From the NCBI GenBank assembly GCA_965262615.1, contig OZ253545.1:1115113-1179112 (forward strand): a stretch of 64,000 nucleotides of DNA, given 5' to 3'. Origin of the DNA: Alphaproteobacteria bacterium. Lineage in GTDB: Bacteria > Pseudomonadota > Alphaproteobacteria > GM7ARS4 > G965262615. A program made the translations under genes and the position numbers. Position 1 is the stretch's first letter. Each line of letters starts with the position of its first letter. A model generated the notes under the pieces. The model saw only the letters and a list, made by a program, of their open reading frames with translations. It did not search any database and had not been told where the DNA came from. Shown piece after piece: positions 56,174 to 64,000 of the stretch.

Positions 56174-57646
56174 TCAATTCAAATCTTTTTTGCCATAATT
56201 ATGCCCCCACGAAGGCACTCGCAAACTGCCCTCTTGCAATTCCACCGATGACGAGACTTCCACAGACTCCCTGTGTTCAGCAGGAATGGCATCATCCTCG
56301 CTTTGCTGCGGTGCTTGAAATAGTGGCAGCTCATCATTTGGCGGTTTGCGGTGTTCTGTCACCTGTGGTGAGTCATGATGAGAAACCTCATCGGTAAAAT
56401 CATTTTCTTTGGCGATGGATTCATGAACCGCCGCTGGCTGATGAGACGGTATCGGCGGTATCGGCGGTGACTGCGTCACCGCCTCTTGTGTCATCTTTTC
56501 CTCGTTTTTCCTCCACCAATTCCACCAGCTTTTTTTCTTGTCTGTCTGCTGCTCCTCGTGATGCACTGGCGGCGATGACGGCTGTGCTTCGCCCTGTCTC
56601 AAATCAAAGGGATGAGCCGCCCCATCGTCATGAGGCTCATAGTGGTGATTGTGTTGCTCAAATCCGGACGCAATGATGGTCACTCGCAAGGAATCATTCA
56701 TGGTGGTATCATGAATGACACCACAATTAATTTCCGCCAGTGCCATGCGCTGCCGCACCGCTTGAATAATCTTGGGCATTTCGTCAGCAGCCACATTGCC
56801 TGTCACATTGATGAGCATCCTCTTGGCTTGCCCCATTTGATGATTATCCAGCAATTGATGAGACGATAACGCCTTTTCCAAAGCCTTATGAGCGCGATCC
56901 TGACCGCGCGCCTGTCCGCTTGCCAGCTGGGCTCGCCCGCCGCGCAGCAGCACTCGTTTGACATCGGCAAAGTCCAAATTAATCAGCCCCTGCTTCAAAA
57001 CCAAATCACTCACCGCCCGCACCGATTCGGCAAGAACATCATTCATCATCGCCAAACCCTTTTGAAAACTGCCCTGTTCACCGTCTTGCTGAAATTCCAG
57101 CAGCTTTTCATTAGCTCCCACAATCAATGTATCGGTCAATGGAGCCAGTCGCTTCAGGGCATCTTGAGCAATGACCTGCTTGCCAAATTCCCAGTCAAAG
57201 GGCGTTGTCACAAAAGACACCGTCAAAATATTCATCTCTCGTGCCAGACGCGCCACAAAAGGAGTCGCCCCCGAACCCGTGCCGCCACCCAGTGTTGACA
57301 CAATAAACAATAAGCTCAAACCCTCAAGGGCGACACGCAACGCCTGCTCCGCCTCTTGAGCCGCACGATAGCCAATATCGGGATCCATGCCCGCTCCCGC
57401 TCCCCCCGTCAATTGAGGACCCAACTGAATGTGATAGGGAACATCAACACTGGCGAGATCTTGTGCATCCGTGTTGGCAGCCATCATGCGAATATCCGTG
57501 ATATCACGCTGCGCCAAACTATTGATCGCATTGCCGCCGCCGCCGCCAATACCAATGACACCAATTTCACATGTGCCAAAAGTAAGTCCAGCATCAGACC
57601 GAGAATGCGAGCCCCCATGAGGAATAGAAAAGTCACTGGTCATCAT
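56174..57646 (-). CDS. ftsZ: Cell division GTPase FtsZ (long C-terminal linker)
   Basis: GGGTGSG tubulin signature (STLGGGTGSGATPFVARLARE), NAINSL and T7-loop motifs. Confidence 0.92.
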   Translation of the reverse strand: MMTSDFSIPHGGSHSRSDAGLTFGTCEIGVIGIGGGGGNAINSLAQRDITDIRMMAANTDAQDLASVDVPYHIQLGPQLTGGAGAGMDPDIGYRAAQEAEQALRVALEGLSLLFIVSTLGGGTGSGATPFVARLAREMNILTVSFVTTPFDWEFGKQVIAQDALKRLAPLTDTLIVGANEKLLEFQQDGEQGSFQKGLAMMNDVLAESVRAVSDLVLKQGLINLDFADVKRVLLRGGRAQLASGQARGQDRAHKALEKALSSHQLLDNHQMGQAKRMLINVTGNVAADEMPKIIQAVRQRMALAEINCGVIHDTTMNDSLRVTIIASGFEQHNHHYEPHDDGAAHPFDLRQGEAQPSSPPVHHEEQQTDKKKSWWNWWRKNEEKMTQEAVTQSPPIPPIPSHQPAAVHESIAKENDFTDEVSHHDSPQVTEHRKPPNDELPLFQAPQQSEDDAIPAEHRESVEVSSSVELQEGSLRVPSWGHNYGKKDLN

Positions 57647-57661
57647 GATCTCCTTTGCATG

Positions 57662-58801
57662 TTACGAAAAACCCATTGCCGCGTTGCGATCACTGTTGGC
57701 AAAAGGCGACTGAAAAACTCGTTCATCCGTTGGGACTTTCGGATTCTCATTGGCAATGGGAGCAATGGGCAGTGGCTTGCTCTTTGAGAGTGGTGGCATC
57801 ACGCCGCCCATCACAGAATACGCCATTGCCAACAATTCCACCATGCGATCGGCAAAGAGAGGTTCTTGGGTCACCGTCCTCATGGCGCGATTCCATTGGC
57901 GTTGCATCAAACCAATCATGCCCTTTGCCCGCACTTTATCTTGTGCCACAATCCAATCAAACGCACCGCCAATGCCAACCTCCAACGGCTTGAGTTCATC
58001 AGCCAGCCAGACCACCATATCTTGCACAATGCCGCGCAAGCGATCCCCCAGCGCATCATTGCCACGCAAACCAAAAGACTTCAAAAACTGCCACGATTGA
58101 TAAACCGATAAAAGCAACGCCTTCCTCACACAGCGCACCAATTGATCAAAGCCCTTTTTGTCAAATCCTATGCGACACAATACATTATTCTTGAAAGCAA
58201 CATACAATACCTCCCCCTCACCCATGTGAATGTACGCCACCCCATCCTTTTTTTGCTGCTCCGATGCAAAGTACTGAGCCGCATCATAGGTCGCCGAGCG
58301 CACCCCCGCCAGACGAACGCCCATGTGCTCGGTCAATTGCTCCAATTTCTGATACAACTCTTCGGTCACCGCCAACGCACACACAGGATAACAGCCCACG
58401 CCATTCTCCAATCGCCGCGTTCCCACACTGGCATGACATTGGCGATATCCCCGCTGTTTCAGCAGCAATGACATTTCTTCCATCACCGCTTTCCGACAGA
58501 CTTGGTCATCAGGCACACCATGACACGCAATCTCGGCTTCAAAAGTCACAAACCAACTCTCACCAGAATCATGACACAGAGGAAGATCAATATACAACTG
58601 ATCAATGGTCACATTGGCTTTTTGTTCGGCATCACGCAACAATTGCGTCCACAGCTCTGTGGGGTCATCATCTTTATAGAGAGAGTCCGTGACATAAGAC
58701 TGAGGCATTAATTGCCGCCCATTGCCCACGCGCTCAATCATCACACAGCTGGGACGGGTTGTGCCGATGGATAAAATACCGATCAATTGTCGTCCCATCA
58801 T
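57662..58801 (-). CDS. ftsA: Cell division protein FtsA
   Basis: Actin-fold ATPase. Position between ftsQ and ftsZ; N-terminal LIGILSIGTT phosphate-1-like motif. Confidence 0.8.
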   Translation of the reverse strand: MMGRQLIGILSIGTTRPSCVMIERVGNGRQLMPQSYVTDSLYKDDDPTELWTQLLRDAEQKANVTIDQLYIDLPLCHDSGESWFVTFEAEIACHGVPDDQVCRKAVMEEMSLLLKQRGYRQCHASVGTRRLENGVGCYPVCALAVTEELYQKLEQLTEHMGVRLAGVRSATYDAAQYFASEQQKKDGVAYIHMGEGEVLYVAFKNNVLCRIGFDKKGFDQLVRCVRKALLLSVYQSWQFLKSFGLRGNDALGDRLRGIVQDMVVWLADELKPLEVGIGGAFDWIVAQDKVRAKGMIGLMQRQWNRAMRTVTQEPLFADRMVELLAMAYSVMGGVMPPLSKSKPLPIAPIANENPKVPTDERVFQSPFANSDRNAAMGFS

Positions 58802-59553
58802 CCCGCCTCTCCGTGATGAGCAATCATGGAAAAAAGAATATTGGCTGGCTGGCGGGCATCAATAATTTGAGGTTTTTTGTGCAAGTGCCGCTCCAGTGCA
58901 TCGGTACGCAAAAACGCACGCCACGAGGCGGCAACATCATTCTCCGCCAGCATGATGCGAGTGTCATGATTCACAAAAATATCCCAGCGACCATCCACAT
59001 AGTGATAAAGGGTCACATCATGCCCCAGCAACGGATAATTCAGCGTCAAATGCCACACAGCCATTGATTCCTGAGGTGACGGATTGCCTTTGAAAATGGG
59101 CAAATCATAGGCATTCAAGTCTTCCACATCGCTTAGATGAAACCCCTCTTCATCCAAAAGGGCAAAATTGCCATCGGCAGTGATGTGAATCATGGCAGGA
59201 ATGCGCTCGGTAATCATCAAACGCACCACACCATGACTCAAACGCTGAAGCTGAGCACTCGCCACCAACGGCAATGAGCTCACACGCCTCTGAGCCTCAC
59301 CCAATGAAAATCCATACAGAGCATCCCCTGTTGCAATCTGTAGTGCATCCAATAAGGTTTGTTCGGGTATTTTTGCTTCACCATAGATGTCAATCCGCTC
59401 TATGCGCGGCATGTCTTTGACACTCCACACCATCAAAGACATGAACAAGAGCCCCAGCACAATTGTGCGCCCGTGCCATCTGCCAAGAGTCACGCCTCGG
59501 TGCTCCTTAATCTCATCTTGACATGTGAAGGGATTATCATGCAATTGGCTCAT
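58798..59553 (-). CDS. ftsQ: Cell division protein FtsQ
   Basis: Single N-terminal TM, POTRA-like region, and position in the dcw cluster. Confidence 0.75.
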   Translation of the reverse strand: MSQLHDNPFTCQDEIKEHRGVTLGRWHGRTIVLGLLFMSLMVWSVKDMPRIERIDIYGEAKIPEQTLLDALQIATGDALYGFSLGEAQRRVSSLPLVASAQLQRLSHGVVRLMITERIPAMIHITADGNFALLDEEGFHLSDVEDLNAYDLPIFKGNPSPQESMAVWHLTLNYPLLGHDVTLYHYVDGRWDIFVNHDTRIMLAENDVAASWRAFLRTDALERHLHKKPQIIDARQPANILFSMIAHHGEAG

Positions 59554-60452
59554 TGTGCCGCCTCCAAAATAGTTGTGACCAATTGATCAAACGCAATGCC
59601 ACGATGCGCCGCCATTGCCGGCAGCAAAGAATGAGAGGTCAAACCGGGCTGAGTGTTGATTTCCAAAAAATACAATCCCGCCTCACCGTGACTTTCGTCA
59701 AACAAAAAGTCCGACCGACTGACGCAAGAACATCCCATCGTGCGATGCATGGCAAGAGCCCACCGCTGAGCTTGGGTCGTGATGGCATCAGGCACTGTGG
59801 CGGGAATATGATACTGCGTTGCGGCATCATCATACTTGGCGTTATAATCATAGAACGATTGCGCCGGGACAATTTCCATAACATCCAGTGGCTCATCATT
59901 GAGAATTCCCACGGTGAGTTCTCGCCCATCAATGTGCTGTTGCACCATCAAGACATCGCCGTGCTGCCATGACGCAATAACATCGGGCAGTTGTTTCTCA
60001 TCATGGACAATGGTCACGCCGACGCTAGAGCCCTCGCTGATGGGCTTGATGACAAACGGCAACGCCATGACATCGGCAATGGTATGCCATTTCTTTCTGG
60101 CAAGAAGCTGATGGTGCGGCACGCGCATAGAGAGCATGGAAGCAATGCTGGCAGAGGCGTGTTTATCCATCGCAATGGCAGAGGCATGCACCGAAGAGTG
60201 GGTATGGGGAATGTGCATGGATTCAAGCAAGCCCTGCACCGTGCCATCCTCACCCCATGTGCCGTGCAGGGCGTTAAAGACAATGGTGTTGTCATCAAGT
60301 GCGTCCATCCACGCACGATTGGGCGCATCGCCCACATCCACTGCCTTTACATGGTGGTGCTTTTTGAGCGCGTCCGCAACGCATCGCCCGCTCTCCAAAG
60401 AGACCTCGCGTTCCGCTGACCATCCACCCATCAAGACAACAATCTTTTTCAT
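59550..60452 (-). CDS. ddl: D-alanine--D-alanine ligase
   Basis: ATP-grasp motifs. MKKIVVLMGGWSAEREVSLESG is the typical Ddl N-terminus. Confidence 0.9.
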   Translation of the reverse strand: MKKIVVLMGGWSAEREVSLESGRCVADALKKHHHVKAVDVGDAPNRAWMDALDDNTIVFNALHGTWGEDGTVQGLLESMHIPHTHSSVHASAIAMDKHASASIASMLSMRVPHHQLLARKKWHTIADVMALPFVIKPISEGSSVGVTIVHDEKQLPDVIASWQHGDVLMVQQHIDGRELTVGILNDEPLDVMEIVPAQSFYDYNAKYDDAATQYHIPATVPDAITTQAQRWALAMHRTMGCSCVSRSDFLFDESHGEAGLYFLEINTQPGLTSHSLLPAMAAHRGIAFDQLVTTILEAAQ

Positions 60453-61360
60453 GACACTCTTCCCATGCGTTCAATCTCCCATTCCAGCGTAATGCCGCTG
60501 TGTTCAGCCACGGCATGGCGAATGGCGTTGCCCAGTTGCTCCAAATCTGAGGCGCGCGCGCCTCCTTTGTTGATCATAAAGTTGCAATGATGAGGTGCGA
60601 GAGCCGCGTCTCCCACTGTCATGTGACGGCATCCCGCTTGGTCAATCAGCTGCCACGCCTTATGCTGTGGCGGATTTTTGAAAATACTGCCGCCCGTGCG
60701 CGCCTTGATGGGCTGAGTGCGCCGTCTTTGGTGACGCATATCAGCCATGCGCGCGGCGATCTCATCACGAGATGCCTTCACGGTGCGTAAAATCGCCGCC
60801 ACAATAATCCAATCGCGAGGAATAGCACTGTGACGATAGCTAAAGTCATTTGATGTCATACCATGCTCATGCCACTGTCCGTTGCCATCAAAGGCGAAGA
60901 TGGTTTTGACACAATCACCCATGGCTCTGCCGTATGCTCCGGCATTCATGCGTAATGCGCCGCCGATGGTGGCGGGAATGTTGGCGAGAAATTCCAATCC
61001 CCCGCGCCCAGCCCGCAAACACGCTCGCGCCAACTGCACGGTGCGCACTCCTGCTTCCACAAACACCTCATCGGCAGACATTTCGTATTGATTCAAACGA
61101 TGCAAACGCACCGTCACGCCATCCAAACCGCCATCACGAATGATCACATTGGACATCGCCCCCACCACATGAACAGGCAAAACTGATGACTGCCGTGCCA
61201 CAAGAAATTTCCGCAATTGGTCGGTGTTGAATGGTTCAAAGAGCATGGCGGCATGCCCCCCCGCGCCAAACCATGACCACTGCCCCACAGGGGCATTCGC
61301 CTGCCAGTGTCCTTCAATATGCTCATAGGGTGTCATGGCGGGTGTCACGGCGGCTCTCAT
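60449..61360 (-). CDS. murB: UDP-N-acetylenolpyruvoylglucosamine reductase
   Basis: FAD-binding PCMH domain (GGGSN-like IGGALRMNAGAYG) and dcw-cluster position. Confidence 0.85.
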   Translation of the reverse strand: MRAAVTPAMTPYEHIEGHWQANAPVGQWSWFGAGGHAAMLFEPFNTDQLRKFLVARQSSVLPVHVVGAMSNVIIRDGGLDGVTVRLHRLNQYEMSADEVFVEAGVRTVQLARACLRAGRGGLEFLANIPATIGGALRMNAGAYGRAMGDCVKTIFAFDGNGQWHEHGMTSNDFSYRHSAIPRDWIIVAAILRTVKASRDEIAARMADMRHQRRRTQPIKARTGGSIFKNPPQHKAWQLIDQAGCRHMTVGDAALAPHHCNFMINKGGARASDLEQLGNAIRHAVAEHSGITLEWEIERMGRVS

Positions 61361-62793
61361 GATATTTTCCTCTGACTTTCATGACCCTCGCTGAGCCGAT
61401 GAAACAGTTGTTTGCTCCAACCTCCAATAGACCCCGCCCCCATGCAGACAACAATGGCATCATCGCCCGCCATGTCATGAACCATGCTTGCCAATTGGTG
61501 CGGTTGCTTCAGACGCATCACGGTGGGATGCCCTGCGGCGCGCAATTCATCCGCCAGACGGTCGGCATCATATCCCGCAATGGGACGCTCCCCCGCTTCA
61601 TAGACATCGGCAATGATGATGCCGTCAGCATCATTGAACGCCGCGAGAAATTGATTAAACACATCCCTAAGGCGAGAGTAGCGATGAGGCTGATGAACGG
61701 CAATCAATGACCGCTTGCCATAATGCTCCCGCGCCGCTTGCAGTGTGGCATGAATTTCTGTGGGATGATGGGCATAATCATTGATGACCACCACGCCTCG
61801 TGATGTCACCCCCATGATTTGAAAGCGTCTGTGGACACCGCCAAATGAGGCAATGCCCTTTTGAATGGCGGCAATATCAACGCCCATGCACAGTGCGGTG
61901 GCAATGGCTGCCAAAGCATTGGATAAATTATGACGCCCCACCATTGGTAGCGTGATGGCAAAAGAGTCACACGATTGCACGACTCCATCCCGCAGCACCA
62001 CATCACATTGCCATCCCAATCCTTTTTTCTTCGCATTGATGGCGCGCACATCGGCATGGGCTGCAAAGCCGTAGGTGATGACTCTTCTGCCGTCTCCCAT
62101 GCGGGCTCGCATTTCTTGAACATTGTGGGAATCCATATTGAGAATGGCGCATCCATAAAATGGGATGGTGGCGATGAATTCATCAAAGGCGCGCCGCAAG
62201 GCGGCAAAATCACCGTAATGATTGATGTGTTCGGCATCAATGTTGGTGACAACGGCAAATTCGGGATGATAATGAACAAACGACCCATCGGATTCATCGG
62301 TCTCCGCCAACAAAAAATCCCCCGTTCCCAAACGCACATTAGAGCCCCACTCCTCAATCACCCCGCCATTGACCACAGTGGGTGATAATTGAGCGTGCTC
62401 CAAAACATGCGCCAACAAGGATGTGGTGGTGGTTTTGCCATGGGACCCCGCAACGGCAATGGCGCGCTTGAAATGCATCAATTCCGCCAGCATGGTGGCA
62501 CGAGAAATGATGGGAATGCGCCGTTCACGCGCCCCTTGCAGTTCCACATTATCAGAGCCAATGGCGGAGGAATAAACCACCACAGATGCTTCACCCAGAT
62601 GAGCGACATCATGCCCGATGGCAATATCAATGCCGCGAGCGCGCAAGCGGTGCACATTGGCATTGTCGCTGATATCACTGCCGCGCACGGTGCATCCCAT
62701 GTCATGAAGCAGTTCGGCAATGCCACTCATGCCGATGCCGCCGATACCGACACAATGAATCACATAATCTTTGAATGGCAGTAAGGCGGTCAT
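61357..62793 (-). CDS. murC: UDP-N-acetylmuramate--L-alanine ligase
   Basis: Mur ligase P-loop GSHGKTTTT; N-terminal HCVGIGGIGMSGIAE. Confidence 0.9.
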   Translation of the reverse strand: MTALLPFKDYVIHCVGIGGIGMSGIAELLHDMGCTVRGSDISDNANVHRLRARGIDIAIGHDVAHLGEASVVVYSSAIGSDNVELQGARERRIPIISRATMLAELMHFKRAIAVAGSHGKTTTTSLLAHVLEHAQLSPTVVNGGVIEEWGSNVRLGTGDFLLAETDESDGSFVHYHPEFAVVTNIDAEHINHYGDFAALRRAFDEFIATIPFYGCAILNMDSHNVQEMRARMGDGRRVITYGFAAHADVRAINAKKKGLGWQCDVVLRDGVVQSCDSFAITLPMVGRHNLSNALAAIATALCMGVDIAAIQKGIASFGGVHRRFQIMGVTSRGVVVINDYAHHPTEIHATLQAAREHYGKRSLIAVHQPHRYSRLRDVFNQFLAAFNDADGIIIADVYEAGERPIAGYDADRLADELRAAGHPTVMRLKQPHQLASMVHDMAGDDAIVVCMGAGSIGGWSKQLFHRLSEGHESQRKIS

Positions 62794-63863
62794 AATTGTC
62801 TCCTCAGCATGGTGCGCGCCAATAATGCCAGTTTTGTCGCCGCTTTGAAATGAGACATCCGTTCTGAGGCACGGCTCATGGATGTCATTGTCTGAGGTGA
62901 TGTCATCAATTGATTCAAATGCCGATGCAGCTGCCGATCTGCTTGAGGCTGTTCATTCACCACGATGGCTGCACCGTGATGGGCAACGGCGCGCGCATTG
63001 TCATCTTGATGATGGTTCGCCGCATGGGGATACGGAATGAGGATGAGCGGCAGCCGCATGGCGGTTGCCTCGGCAATGGTGGATGCACCCGCACGGGCAA
63101 TCAACACATCACAGCGGCGATAGAAATCACTCATATCGTCAAAAAACGGACGCACATCGTGCGTCACCGCCAGTGATTCATAGTGCTGCCGCACCCGATT
63201 CTCATCCTCGCGCCGCGCTTGATGCAAAACGGTAATTGTCTCTTTGTGTGCCAGCTGTCCAATGGCGGACGGCACGATGTCGGATAGAGCGTGTGCTCCC
63301 TGTGAGCCCCCCAACACGCCAATAGTGAATGATGATGTGTCTTTTTTTGTGAATTCACGCGTCATTGCACGAATTGGGACACCCACAAGAGTTATTTTCT
63401 TTTTCCATCGCTTAATAACTGAATTTGGCTTGGTGTGGGCAAATGACAGAGCGATGGCGGATGCCAGCCGTGCGCCATAGCGATTGACTCGTCCCAGCAC
63501 GGCATTTTGTTCATGAATGATGAGGGGTAATGCCATCAGCCGTGCGGCAATCATGGCGGGAATGGCGGCATAGCTGCCGAAAGTCACCACCAGATGCACA
63601 TTTTTTTGCCGAAACAGCCGCATCACCCGCCAAAGCCACATCGGCATCAGCCACATCATGCGCAGAATTCGTCCTCGCACACCGTGCGGCATGGCAAGCA
63701 CAAGGCTTCCATCAGGTGTGCCGTAACGCGCCCCTCTGACATCGGTGACAAAATGACTGGCAACATGCTGCTCACCCAAAGCGTCAGCAAAGGCAAGAGC
63801 GGGAAAGACATGCCCTCCCGTGCCGCCAGTGGCAATCGCAACACACCCGCGCACCATGTTCAT
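62790..63863 (-). CDS. murG: UDP-GlcNAc:undecaprenyl-PP-MurNAc-pentapeptide GlcNAc transferase
   Basis: N-terminal IATGGTGGHVFPALA and GT28 C-terminal domain. Start at MNMVRG overlaps the ftsW stop (ATGA). Confidence 0.88.
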   Translation of the reverse strand: MNMVRGCVAIATGGTGGHVFPALAFADALGEQHVASHFVTDVRGARYGTPDGSLVLAMPHGVRGRILRMMWLMPMWLWRVMRLFRQKNVHLVVTFGSYAAIPAMIAARLMALPLIIHEQNAVLGRVNRYGARLASAIALSFAHTKPNSVIKRWKKKITLVGVPIRAMTREFTKKDTSSFTIGVLGGSQGAHALSDIVPSAIGQLAHKETITVLHQARREDENRVRQHYESLAVTHDVRPFFDDMSDFYRRCDVLIARAGASTIAEATAMRLPLILIPYPHAANHHQDDNARAVAHHGAAIVVNEQPQADRQLHRHLNQLMTSPQTMTSMSRASERMSHFKAATKLALLARTMLRRQL

Positions 63864-64000
63864 GACACCTCCTTTTGCCGACTCAAATTGAGCGATAGGG
63901 CAATGGTGAGCAATGCCCCCCACAACGCCGACCCGCCATAAGAGACAAATGGAAACGCAATGCCCGTGGGAGGCATCAGTTGCACATTGGTGGCAATATG
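63860..64000 (-). CDS. ftsW: Cell division protein FtsW, 3' end only
   Basis: Translates to ...QLMPPTGIAFPFVSYGGSALWGALLTIALSLNLSRQKEVS*, the conserved SEDS C-terminal motif (PxTGIPLPFISYGGSS). Confidence 0.75.
   Translation of the reverse strand, partial: HIATNVQLMPPTGIAFPFVSYGGSALWGALLTIALSLNLSRQKEVS

Noticed and set aside
1-64000. Search for transposases, integrases, IS inverted repeats, prophage structural genes and CRISPR-cas
   Set aside because: No DDE or serine/tyrosine recombinase motifs, no cas genes and no repeat-spacer arrays were recognised by eye. Mobility of the islands is therefore inferred only from composition and context.

Overview
This 64-kb window is a chromosomal segment from a Gram-negative bacterium; the gene order (ftsW-murG-murC-murB-ddl-ftsQ-ftsA-ftsZ, a bioF-H-C-D-A operon, a three-gene NAD-linked formate dehydrogenase cluster) fits a proteobacterium, probably an alpha-proteobacterium. 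Recognisable housekeeping genes are prfB (partial), leuS, mgtE, tRNA-Leu(GAG), lipB, rpsT, fpg, hemB, cysK, a moeB/thiF homologue, several aminotransferases and an AGCS symporter. About 18 paralogous Sel1-like repeat (SLR) genes and fragments are interleaved with them, together with a five-member family of small coiled-coil proteins with a C-terminal membrane anchor (DUF1640/CCDC90-like by motif). The Sel1 and small-protein genes show strong signs of ongoing duplication and recombination: gene remnants, frameshifts, near-identical 250-bp repeats, in-frame tandem repeats, and conserved leaderless-type promoters that ORF callers misread as N-terminal peptides. Candidate accessory or novel elements are: (i) a low-GC two-gene island encoding a DndC/PAPS-reductase-like protein and a DUF262-DUF1524 (GmrSD/SspE-like) nuclease; (ii) three convergent Sel1 / DUF1640-like cassettes; (iii) a DNA methyltransferase fused to an HNH nuclease next to mgtE and tRNA-Leu; (iv) a VapD (Cas2-fold) gene inside the biotin operon; (v) an orphan 25-aa PqqA-like precursor ORF. 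No CRISPR array, transposase or integrase was recognised. All calls come from reading the sequence and ORF translations by eye; no database search was run.
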